Origin: an uncultured delta proteobacterium
GTDB taxonomy: Bacteria > Desulfobacterota > Syntrophia > Syntrophales > UBA2192
DNA: 64,000 nt
Direction: 5' to 3'
NCBI GenBank assembly: GCA_963705165.1
Contig: CAVPJD010000007.1
Span: 19,194 to 83,193, forward strand
Position 1 is the stretch's first letter; every line of letters begins with the position of its first letter. Shown piece after piece: positions 49,476-58,084 of this stretch. The notes below the pieces were generated by a model. That model worked only from the letters and a program-made list of their open reading frames with translations. It did not search any database and was not told the DNA's origin. A program made the position numbers and the translations under genes.

Positions 49476-51710
49476 TTATTTCGCCGGAAGGTACTTCCGG
49501 TATTTCTCCGTCCAGGCGGCATCGGAGAGGGTGTAGTCGATCGTCTTGTTCCAGAAGTCATCCCCCGTGCGGACCTTCAGCTCCGAGAAAACCCGGTTTG
49601 CCTCGGTGAGGTTTTTCATCTCCACGTACCCCTTGCCGAGGTTGTAGAGGGTCCAGGGGTTCTGCGCACCGCTCTGGGCCGAATCGACGGCCTGGCGGTA
49701 GGCCGTGACGGCCTCGGGGTACTTCCGTGTCTTGAGGTAACAGTCCCCGACGCCTGCCAGCGAATCCTGGAGGACCTGGCTGTTGCCGGCCTTGTTTTTC
49801 TCGGACTGCCGGATGGCGAGCTGGAATTGCTGCAGGGCCGACGGGCAGGCATCGCTGAAGCGAAGGGCAATCCCGTAGTTGCGGTGCATTGCGGCCGCGT
49901 CGGCCGCGCCCTCGCCTGCCATCTCCGCGTAGGCGGCGGCCGCCTTCTCGAAGAGGCCTTTCTTGAGGTAGAGATCCCCCTGAAGCCGGCGCAGGGCAAT
50001 GCGGTCATCGCGACCGAGCGTTGCCGTCTCCTTCGCAAGCTCCGTGACGATGCGCTCCGCCTCGTCGTAGTGGCGCTCGCGGATGCTCACGTCCGCCACC
50101 ATCACGAGCAGCGCCCTGCGGTTTCTGCCGTCCTTCTCGATCATCAGGAGGTGTTCGGCAACCCGCCGCGTCTCGCGGTACAGACCGATCTGGCGCAGGC
50201 TGTCGGCGATCTTGGTGCCCGTCCCGAAGTCGATGGCCTTGACCCAGGCTCCCTCGTAGGCCGTCAGGTAGGTGTCGGCCACGCGGAGGTAGTCGGCCTT
50301 TCCGTAGTCCTCGTCGACGAGATGTTCCGTGGCCGCCTTGAGGGTTGCCAGGCCCGCGTCCTTGCAGCGCCCGTTGGGAAAGAGCTTGAGCTGGGCAAGG
50401 CTCGCCTGAAAGGCCTGCCGGTAGAGCTTTTCCTGCAAGAGGGCGTAAGCCTTCTGGAAGAGGATCCGTTCCGTGAGCTCCGGGTTCGGAAGCTGCTTCG
50501 AAAGGACCATGTCGTAGGTCGCCGCAGGATCCTTGTAGTACTGGGTGCCGGTCATGTAGGCGGGAAGCTTGAGCCCCGGGCTCTTCACCCCGATGTTGGC
50601 CATGATGATGGCGCTCTCCGTGGCTTCCTTGGTGTCGGGATATTTCTCGATGACGGAGCTGAAGACCTTGAGTGCCGGCTCGTACTGCTTCATCTCCGTG
50701 AGCGTGCGGGCGATCAGGTAGAGCATTTCCTTTCGGAAGGGGTCCTCGGGATAGAGGTTGACGTAGTAGGAGAAGGCCCCGATGAGCTGGTCATGGGCGC
50801 CCTGGCGGAAGAAATGGAAACCCAGGCTGACGAGGGCTTCCCGGGGAACTTCCTGGTAGTCGGGCCAGCGCTTGAGGGCCTCCCGGAAGGCTTCGTCGGC
50901 CTTCTTCGTGTCCTGCATCTGGCTGTGGCATTCGGCGATCCAGAAAAAAGATGCCTTCGACCGGGGCTTTCCTGCATACTGCTGGATGTAGGATCGGAAG
51001 GTGTCGACCGCTTTGGGGTACTTGCCCTTTCGATAGTGCTCCACCGCTTCCGCATAGAGAGCCTCGTCTTCGGGCAGGCCGCCATCCTTGAGGCCGGCAC
51101 CGGCATCACCGCCCGGTTTCCCTTCCCCGCCCGTTTCGAAGGGCTGAAACTTGAAGGGTTCGGGCTCGGGCAGGCCTTCCGTCACCGAGTCGCCCCCGGC
51201 GAGCTTTTCCGCGGATGCATGCAGCGGGGTCTTCTTCCTCTTCGGCGATGTCTCCGGTGCAGCCGGCGTGATCGTGACCTGGGGGTGCAGCGGCTTTGTG
51301 CTTGTGATGTCCGTCTTCGGGGGGTCCGGCGCAGGGGCCCCTTTCATGGCAGTCTTGCCCTCTGCCCCGGCGGAATCTTTCGCGTTCTCCATGGCCGGAA
51401 CTTTTCGGACGGTAAAGAACCGGACGATTTTTTTCTTCTCCAGTTGCGCGCCATGGCGGGCCGCCTCATCGGCGCCTGCATACCGGCCGACAAAGACGCG
51501 CCAACGCCCATCGCTACCCTCCGGCTTTGCGGAGAAGGCCTCGCAGCCTTTTTCTTTCAGGGTCTTGACCTGCTCAGCGGCCTTTTCTGCGCTGGGGTAG
51601 GATCCCACGTGAAGGCTGTACACCGCACCGGACTTCCCGGCGGGGGTTGCCGATGTGGCAACTATCAAAACCAGAACGACGGCCAGACAGGCGATGCGGT
51701 GTTTTTTCAT
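49476..51710 (-). CDS. Exported SPOR-domain plus TPR protein
   Basis: Signal peptide; YSLHVGSY..A..WRVFVGRY (SPOR); Pro-rich linker; many TPR-like repeats. Confidence 0.8.
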   Translation of the reverse strand: MKKHRIACLAVVLVLIVATSATPAGKSGAVYSLHVGSYPSAEKAAEQVKTLKEKGCEAFSAKPEGSDGRWRVFVGRYAGADEAARHGAQLEKKKIVRFFTVRKVPAMENAKDSAGAEGKTAMKGAPAPDPPKTDITSTKPLHPQVTITPAAPETSPKRKKTPLHASAEKLAGGDSVTEGLPEPEPFKFQPFETGGEGKPGGDAGAGLKDGGLPEDEALYAEAVEHYRKGKYPKAVDTFRSYIQQYAGKPRSKASFFWIAECHSQMQDTKKADEAFREALKRWPDYQEVPREALVSLGFHFFRQGAHDQLIGAFSYYVNLYPEDPFRKEMLYLIARTLTEMKQYEPALKVFSSVIEKYPDTKEATESAIIMANIGVKSPGLKLPAYMTGTQYYKDPAATYDMVLSKQLPNPELTERILFQKAYALLQEKLYRQAFQASLAQLKLFPNGRCKDAGLATLKAATEHLVDEDYGKADYLRVADTYLTAYEGAWVKAIDFGTGTKIADSLRQIGLYRETRRVAEHLLMIEKDGRNRRALLVMVADVSIRERHYDEAERIVTELAKETATLGRDDRIALRRLQGDLYLKKGLFEKAAAAYAEMAGEGAADAAAMHRNYGIALRFSDACPSALQQFQLAIRQSEKNKAGNSQVLQDSLAGVGDCYLKTRKYPEAVTAYRQAVDSAQSGAQNPWTLYNLGKGYVEMKNLTEANRVFSELKVRTGDDFWNKTIDYTLSDAAWTEKYRKYLPAK

Positions 51711-51775
51711 GGTCAGTCTCGGTGTGCGGAAATAGCAGGTGGTCCGATGGACACACCACCGCCTGACCTGAGGAT

Positions 51776-51791
51776 AGCAAGTGATATGCCA
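51776..51791 (-). promoter_or_regulatory. Sigma54 promoter of the SPOR/TPR-kinase-regulator operon
   Basis: Minus strand TGGCATATCACTTGCT. Confidence 0.88.
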
Positions 51792-51947
51792 CGGGAAAGA
51801 GGGCTCAGGGTAAAGGGTACAGGGTACAGGGGAGAAAAAGAAGCGGGTGGCGGGTAGCGGGTAGCGGGTCGGGCGTCTGCGCGGCATTGAAAATGGGCAG
51901 GGCCTATGCTGCCTCGTCGATCGCACTGCCGAAAACTTAAGCGGCTT

Positions 51948-51961
51948 GTCAAAAAATTGAC
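51948..51961. promoter_or_regulatory. FleQ-type enhancer box
   Basis: GTCAAAAAATTGAC, about 160 bp upstream of the -24 element. Confidence 0.7.
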
Positions 51962-52002
51962 GTTCGCGGGCTCAAGTCACGATCCACAAGCCGCAAGGCA
52001 TC

Positions 52003-52030
52003 AAAAAACCGGGGAGAGCGATCTCCCCGG
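52003..52030 (-). terminator. Intrinsic terminator after the master regulator
   Basis: CCGGGGAGA-gcga-TCTCCCCGG with a U6 tract on the minus strand. Confidence 0.75.
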
Positions 52031-52083
52031 CACAAATTCCGACAAAATAGACGAAACAGACTAAATGGACGAAATAGACCCGA

Positions 52084-53490
52084 TTAACTGATGCTGAAGC
52101 GCTTGAGTTTTTCGACGAAGGTTGTCCGGTTCAGGTTGAGCAGCTTTGCCGCACGGTTTTTTACGCCGCTTGTCTTCTCCAGGGCCTTGAGCAGGAGACC
52201 TTTTTCAAACTGGTCGACGACCTCGTTGTACTCGATGCCGTCCTCGGGGATGTCGACGACGCCGGAAACGTCGCTTTTGCCCTTCCCGACGCTGAGGATC
52301 TTGGGCGGCAGGTCGTCCACCTTGATCTTTCCCTCCTCCTTCATGACGACGAGCATCTCGATGAGGTTCTCCAGTTCGCGGATATTGCCCGGCCACGCGT
52401 AGCGCATCATGTAGTTCATCGCCTCGGGGGTGACTTCCTTCACGTTGCGCTTCTTGAGTTTGTTGAATTTCTGCAGGAAGTGGTTGATCAGGACGGGGAC
52501 GTCCATTTTCCTGTCCCGCAGCGGAGGCAGGGTGATGGGGATGACGTTGATGCGGTAGTAGAGGTCTTCCCGGAACCGTTTCTCCTGGACGGCCTTGTCG
52601 AGATCCTGGTTCGTCGCGCAGATGATCCGGACATCGGCGGTAATCGTCTTGACGCCGCCGATGCGCTCGAACTGCTTCTCCTGGATGACGCGCAGGACCT
52701 TTACCTGGAGCGCCGGGCTCATGTCGCCGATCTCATCGAGAAAGATGGTTCCGGCCTGGGCGAGCTCGAAACGGCCCACACGGCTCTTGATGGCCCCCGT
52801 GAAGGCGCCCTTCTCATGGCCGAAGAGCTCACTCTCGAGAAGCTCCTCGGGGATGGCCCCGCAGTTGACGGGCACCAGCGGGCAGTTGCGGCGGTCGCTG
52901 TTGAAATGGATCGCCCTGGCCACCAGCTCCTTTCCCGTCCCGCTCTCGCCGTAGATGACAACGGTGCTGTCCGAGGCGGCCACCTTCTCGATTTTGTCGA
53001 AGACCTTCCGCATGTTGTCGCTGAAGCCGATGATCTTGCCGAAGTCGTATTTCTTCTTCAGTTGATCCTTCAGCGTGATGTTCTCTTCCTTGAGCTTCGC
53101 GTAGGACAGGGCCCGATCGACGGTGAGCTTGACGATGTCGTCCTTGAGGGGCTTGGCGATGTAGTCGAAGGCACCGAGCTTCATGGCCTCGACAGCCGAG
53201 TTGACCGTTCCGTAGCCCGTGATCATGATGACGATGCTCTCGGGGTTGACCTCCTTGACGAACTTCAGCAGGTGAAGACCGTCGACGTGGGGCATCTTGA
53301 GGTCCGTGATGACGAGGTCGTACTTGTCATCGATGAAAACATCCATGGCCTGCCGGCCGTCGCCGACACCCTTGACCTCGTAACCGTAACTCCTGAGCAA
53401 TTCCGCAAGATTGTCGCGGCTCAGCTCGTTATCCTCGGCGATGAGGATCCGGATATTCTTCGTGTCCTTCTTGATCTTGCTGTCTGCCAT
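52084..53490 (-). CDS. Sigma54-dependent regulator, probable flagellar master regulator (FleQ/FlrA-like)
   Basis: REC, AAA+ (GESGTGKE, GAFTGA) and HTH (LLNLNRTTFVEKLKR, FleQ-like); heads the cluster with no adjacent cognate kinase. Confidence 0.85.
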   Translation of the reverse strand: MADSKIKKDTKNIRILIAEDNELSRDNLAELLRSYGYEVKGVGDGRQAMDVFIDDKYDLVITDLKMPHVDGLHLLKFVKEVNPESIVIMITGYGTVNSAVEAMKLGAFDYIAKPLKDDIVKLTVDRALSYAKLKEENITLKDQLKKKYDFGKIIGFSDNMRKVFDKIEKVAASDSTVVIYGESGTGKELVARAIHFNSDRRNCPLVPVNCGAIPEELLESELFGHEKGAFTGAIKSRVGRFELAQAGTIFLDEIGDMSPALQVKVLRVIQEKQFERIGGVKTITADVRIICATNQDLDKAVQEKRFREDLYYRINVIPITLPPLRDRKMDVPVLINHFLQKFNKLKKRNVKEVTPEAMNYMMRYAWPGNIRELENLIEMLVVMKEEGKIKVDDLPPKILSVGKGKSDVSGVVDIPEDGIEYNEVVDQFEKGLLLKALEKTSGVKNRAAKLLNLNRTTFVEKLKRFSIS

Positions 53491-53739
53491 GGCTGGTCGT
53501 TTTGCCGCTCCTCAAGGATGAGACGAAATCGGGTAAAGGTGGTTGCGTCATTCCCGGCCCCCCCCGACGGGTGGAACGTAGATCTTTGATCGGCAGGAAG
53601 GTTCCTGTCGGAAGGGCCTGATGAATCGTATGAACGTAAAGCAACACGGGATGTTAACAAAATCTCCTCATTAGTCAACCAGAAATATTTCCGGGAGCCC
53701 CTGTCGCGCCAAGGCGGGCCGGCCACAGGGAACTAATCC

Positions 53740-53766
53740 TAAAGTTTTCATACCGGATACCGATCT
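53740..53766 (+). promoter_or_regulatory. Sigma28-type promoter
   Basis: TAAA-N15-ACCGATCT. Confidence 0.6.
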
Positions 53767-53794
53767 CAATTATGACAATTCAAAGGGATGGACG

Positions 53795-54010
53795 ATGACC
53801 ATATCCGCATACCAGATTGACAATATCCTCAAAGCCTACAGCCGGCAGAGCAAGGTCAGCTCGCACCTTGCGTCCCAGGATGTCCCGAAGGCGGGCTCGA
53901 GGTACGCCGACGTGGTCTCGCTGTCCGCTGAGCAGGAAAAACCGGAGGTCTACGACAAGATCTCCTACAGCCTGATGGATGTCATCCTGAAAGGCAATAA
54001 ATCCAAATAG
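53795..54010 (+). CDS. Small protein resembling the DVU0524 (FlgM-associated) family
   Basis: YQIDNILKAYSRQ..DVVSLSAE; SD and sigma28-type promoter upstream. Confidence 0.65.
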   Translation: MTISAYQIDNILKAYSRQSKVSSHLASQDVPKAGSRYADVVSLSAEQEKPEVYDKISYSLMDVILKGNKSK

Positions 54011-54194
54011 ATGCCTTCGCAATTCGCTGAGCGGGGGAACGTTCCGAAGGGGGCCGAAAGCCCCCTGTCACATGTTCCCGGTGTGTCTGGTTCGAACCCG
54101 CATGGGGCCGGTCTTCGTCTGCAACTAAGGCCGCAACCACACCTTTGCCTCCAGAGCGCGCGATGAGACCGAAACCACGGATGGGGCTGTCGGA

Positions 54195-56087
54195 ATGATC
54201 GGAATGAACGGCACGGAGACCGCCAGGAACGAATTCAGGGTCATGCCCGCGAATTTATCCGATAAAAGGACCATCCTCGTCGTCGATGACGACATTGCCA
54301 TACGCAGCCTGATCGTCGAGGCCCTGAGGCACGAGGGCGACTACATCGCCACCGAGGCTTCCGACGGGAAGGAAGCCCTCGATGCCCTCCGATCCAATCT
54401 CTACGACCTGGTCATCAGCGATATCCAGATGCCGGGCATGAACGGCATGGATCTGCTGAGCCGGATCCGGGAGATCCACCCCACGATCTCGGTCATCATG
54501 ATCACCGGATACCCCACCGTCGGCCTGTCCGTCTCGGCCATGAAGACGGGGGCCGTCGATTTCATCTCGAAGCCGTTCCGCATCGACGAGCTTCTGTACA
54601 AGGTGAACATCTACATGCGGGAGAAGTCGCTCCTGTCGGCCGACGGCCTGCTGCACAAGGTGGAGCAGGAGAAGCTGCGCGACAAGGTCCGGCAGGTCTC
54701 GGCCACGGGCTTCATCTACGACTTCATCGAACGCCTGGGGGTGAGCAACGACAACGTCTTCCGCGTCATCGCCGATCTGGCCCTCAAGGTCTCGAACGGG
54801 GAGCATTGCGCGATCCTGCTCTACGACAGGGAATCCGACGAGTTCCTGCCCAAGATCACCGGCTGCATCGACCCGATCCCGCCGCGCCACACCATGCCCT
54901 GGCCGAAGGAGCTGCTCCGCGAGGTCGTGAGCAAAAGGGACGGCATCCTGTTCAACGTCTCCGACGCCGAAGGCTCGGCGTCCATCCTCTGCGCCCCTCT
55001 CATGATCCGCAACAACGTCTTCGGCATCCTGGGCCTCTGGAAAGACCGCAACGGCGCCTGTTTTTCGGATCAGGACCTCCACGTCATCCTGAGCCTCGCG
55101 AGGCGCGCTTCGCTGAACCTGGAAAACAAGGTTCTCTATGAGACCCTTTACACGAATATCGCCGAAACCTTCCGGGCGCTCGTGACCTCCATTCAGGCCC
55201 GGGACCAGTACACGGAACGCCACTCCCAAAGCGTCATGCAGTTCGTGGTGCGGACCGCCGAGATCATGCAATGCTCCCTCGACGACATCGAGTGCCTCAA
55301 GATCGCCGCGATGCTCCACGATATCGGCAAGATCGCGATCCCGGATCACATCCTCCTCAAGCCCGACGAGCTCACGGGAGAGGAATACGGCATCATCAAG
55401 AACCACAGCACGATCGGCGATGACATCCTCACCCCGATCGCGCTTTTCGAAAAAGAGCGCAAGATCATCCGCCACCACCACGAAAACTGGGACGGCTCCG
55501 GCTACCCCGACGGGCTGGCCGGCGAGGCGATCCCGCTGCTGTCGCGCCTGATCGCCGTGGCCGATGCCTACGACGCCATGACGACAAACCGGCCCTACCG
55601 ATTGAGCATGAGTCACGACGAGGCGATAACGGAGCTGCACAGAAACGTCGGAGGCCAGTTCGACCCGCAGGTCGTCAGCGCCTTTGTCGGCACCTTCCGC
55701 AAATCGGAAACGGTTGCCTTTCCCGCCCTGTCGTGCCCCGACAAAAACAGCATAGGGACTAGGGACAAGGGGATAGGGTTCAGACAGAAACCGCAAAAAA
55801 CCGCAAAGACAAAAACGAAAAAGGATCGGGATATGCCCGATCCTCTTTTTTCATCCCGGTGCCCGGTACCCCCGGTTTTTACACAGAGGGGTGGAGAAAC
55901 ATCAGTCGCTAAGCTGATTAGAGATAACATCTGCTCACCGCTTTCACCTGCAAAGCGATGGCTTCCTGATTTTTATGGAGTGGCGATTACTGTTCGGAAC
56001 CTTCATTTTACACGGGCTAAGTTTTTGTGCAGGAAGCCGAATGGGCAAAAGAAAATCATATTGAAGTATTTCTTCTGGATAATGTGA
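54195..56087 (+). CDS. REC-GAF-HD-GYP cyclic di-GMP phosphodiesterase (true stop probably TAG at 55753-55755)
   Basis: ILVVDDD/KPF REC domain; GAF-like region; HDIGK, HHHENWDGSGYPDGL, DAYDAM; the tail after about 55750 runs through repeats and AT-rich DNA. Confidence 0.88.
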   Translation: MIGMNGTETARNEFRVMPANLSDKRTILVVDDDIAIRSLIVEALRHEGDYIATEASDGKEALDALRSNLYDLVISDIQMPGMNGMDLLSRIREIHPTISVIMITGYPTVGLSVSAMKTGAVDFISKPFRIDELLYKVNIYMREKSLLSADGLLHKVEQEKLRDKVRQVSATGFIYDFIERLGVSNDNVFRVIADLALKVSNGEHCAILLYDRESDEFLPKITGCIDPIPPRHTMPWPKELLREVVSKRDGILFNVSDAEGSASILCAPLMIRNNVFGILGLWKDRNGACFSDQDLHVILSLARRASLNLENKVLYETLYTNIAETFRALVTSIQARDQYTERHSQSVMQFVVRTAEIMQCSLDDIECLKIAAMLHDIGKIAIPDHILLKPDELTGEEYGIIKNHSTIGDDILTPIALFEKERKIIRHHHENWDGSGYPDGLAGEAIPLLSRLIAVADAYDAMTTNRPYRLSMSHDEAITELHRNVGGQFDPQVVSAFVGTFRKSETVAFPALSCPDKNSIGTRDKGIGFRQKPQKTAKTKTKKDRDMPDPLFSSRCPVPPVFTQRGGETSVAKLIRDNICSPLSPAKRWLPDFYGVAITVRNLHFTRAKFLCRKPNGQKKIILKYFFWIM

Positions 56088-56176
56088 ATACGCCTGAGTT
56101 GATTCAGACCACTTCTTAATGTGATCCCGATGTCATTTATTTCTTCTATTACAGCAATAGGCTATCACAGAAGAAA

Positions 56177-56217
56177 AGCATCGGGTCGACGGGAGGCCTT
56201 CCCGTCAACCCGACGCT
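56177..56217. terminator. Hairpin terminator after the degP-like gene
   Basis: AGCaTCGGGTcGACGGGA / TCCCGTCaACCCGAcGCT with an adjacent A-tract. Confidence 0.75.
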
Positions 56218-56229
56218 AAAGCGGTTGTC

Positions 56230-57687
56230 TTACCTGGGCGTTACCGCCGCAAACAGCGTGTTCTGACCCCTCTGGACAAGGAGCAGGAGATTCCCGTCCC
56301 CCTTGGCTTTCTCGACAATCTTCACGAAATCTTCCACATTCTTGACCGGTTTCCGGTTGACCGCTTGAATGACGTCGCCGGTCTGGATCGAGGCTTCCGC
56401 CGCCGGGCTGCCGGGCTCAACCCCGGTCACGACCACGCCGGCGCTATTCTTCAGGCCGAGCTCCCGTGCAATCTGCGGCGTCAAATTCTGCACCGTAACC
56501 CCCAGGGAGGGGTGGATGGGGCTTTTCTCCGTTTCGGATGTATTCTCTTCCTCCATTTCGCCGACCTTCGCCTGGCGCTCGACCTCTTTCCCGTCCCGGA
56601 GCAGTTTCACCGTGACGGTTTTTCCCACGGTTGTCGAGGCGACGATCCGGGGAAGATCCTTTGAATCATCGACCACCCGGCCGTCGAAGCTCACGATGAC
56701 ATCCCCTTGTTCGATCCCTGCCTTGTCGGCCGGTCCGCCCGGAGCCACCTGAGAGACGAGGGCACCTTTGTTTTCCTTAAGTCCGAGCGACTTGGCCAGC
56801 TCCGGGGTCACATCCTGGATGGCGACGCCCAGCAATCCCCGGGTGACGTGTCCCCGCTTCTGAAGCTGGGGCGCAATCTCCTTGGCCATGTTGATCGGGA
56901 TCGCAAACCCGATCCCCTGGCCGGAGGCGAGGATGGCCGTGTTGATGCCCACGACTTCCCCTTGCAGGTTGATGAGGGGGCCGCCGCTGTTTCCGGGGTT
57001 GATGGAAGCATCGGTCTGGATATAATTGTCATAGGGACCGGAGCCAATCACCCTTCCCTTGGCACTGACGATTCCTGCAGTCACCGTCTGTTCCAGCCCG
57101 AAGGGGCTGCCGACCGCCACCACCCAGTTGCCCACCTTCAAGTCGTCCGAGTTTCCAAGTTTGAGGGGTTGAAGGTCCGCATTACCCTCAATTTTGACGA
57201 GAGCAAGGTCGGTCTTGGGGTCCCGGCCTACGACCTTGCCTTCGAACTCTTTTCCGCCAGCCAGCTTGACCTTGATCTGGCCTGCGCCCTCGACCACATG
57301 GTTATTGGTCAGGATATATCCTTCCTTGCTCATGATGAACCCGGAGCCCACGCCTTGCTGTTTCCTGTCGGGCTGGTTGCCCTCGAAAGGTCCGAAGAAG
57401 TCCCCGAAGGGATTCCGTTCTCCGTAGGGGTTTCCACCGAATTTTTCAAATCGGGCATGCTTTGCCTTTTTCATGACCTGAATGTTGACCACGCCGTTCC
57501 GCACCGCCTCGGCCAGTTCGCTGAAATTACCCGGAACCATGGGCGATCCGGTTGAAACAGCCGCCGTCGCAGCGGCCGGCACTGCGCCGGTTTTCGGGGT
57601 CGCAGTCATCCCGTAACCGAAGCCGGCGACCACGCCTGCTAAAAGCAGGGCGATCATTACGATCTTGATATTTTTTCTCTGTATCAT
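56230..57687 (-). CDS. HtrA/DegP-DegQ family serine protease with two PDZ domains
   Basis: TNNHV, DLAL, QTDASINPGNSGGPL; two PDZ domains. Confidence 0.95.
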   Translation of the reverse strand: MIQRKNIKIVMIALLLAGVVAGFGYGMTATPKTGAVPAAATAAVSTGSPMVPGNFSELAEAVRNGVVNIQVMKKAKHARFEKFGGNPYGERNPFGDFFGPFEGNQPDRKQQGVGSGFIMSKEGYILTNNHVVEGAGQIKVKLAGGKEFEGKVVGRDPKTDLALVKIEGNADLQPLKLGNSDDLKVGNWVVAVGSPFGLEQTVTAGIVSAKGRVIGSGPYDNYIQTDASINPGNSGGPLINLQGEVVGINTAILASGQGIGFAIPINMAKEIAPQLQKRGHVTRGLLGVAIQDVTPELAKSLGLKENKGALVSQVAPGGPADKAGIEQGDVIVSFDGRVVDDSKDLPRIVASTTVGKTVTVKLLRDGKEVERQAKVGEMEEENTSETEKSPIHPSLGVTVQNLTPQIARELGLKNSAGVVVTGVEPGSPAAEASIQTGDVIQAVNRKPVKNVEDFVKIVEKAKGDGNLLLLVQRGQNTLFAAVTPR

Positions 57688-57860
57688 AACGGATTCTCCT
57701 TGTTGCGATCTCGGGCAGATGATAGCCCCTGTTTGCCACTCATTATAGGGATCGTACTTAACGGGAGGATGATCGGAAGATGACCATTTGGTTAGGTAGG
57801 GGTAAAGCTTGGTGGGGCGTGCTCGATCCGGGTGACCGGGGGCGCCGGTGAAAGACCCCA

Positions 57861-58035
57861 TTCCTTAATCTTCCTCTCCCTTGAGGGGAGAGGACAGAGG
57901 TGAGGGTGAATACCCCCTTTCCTCAGATATCAGGGCGCGTCCTTCGACATCCTTCGATGGACTCAGGACAAGCGCTCAGGACAGGCAAGTTCGTGTAAGT
58001 AACTTGATTCGTCATGGTGAGCCTGTCGAACCATC
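57861..58035. repeat. Composite nested palindromic repeat, copy 2
   Basis: Shares a 20-bp exact start and a 41/43 core with 33934-34092. Confidence 0.8.
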
Positions 58036-58043
58036 CTTACCGG

Positions 58044-58074
58044 GAAGCCCCGCCCTGTGGGCGGGGAGCTTCAA
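58044..58074 (+). mobile_element. Isolated IS200/IS605-type end hairpin (remnant)
   Basis: GAAGCCCCGCCC-TGT-GGGCGGGG-AGCTTCAA; no transposase nearby. Confidence 0.5.
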
Positions 58075-58084
58075 TGGAGGATTT

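Noticed and set aside
49452..51857. Long plus-strand ORFs (e.g. 801 aa here, also 16118-17695, 22792-24384, 26251-27810, 60806-62341) and minus-strand 54255-55796
   Set aside because: Antisense shadows of real high-GC genes, with no recognisable motifs
54088..54098. GGTTCGAACCC as the T-arm of a tRNA
   Set aside because: No cloverleaf, acceptor stem or CCA could be built around it
55756..56087. C-terminal extension of the HD-GYP protein as an extra domain
   Set aside because: It translates heptamer repeats and AT-rich spacer; removing one A near 55745 gives a stop at 55753-55755
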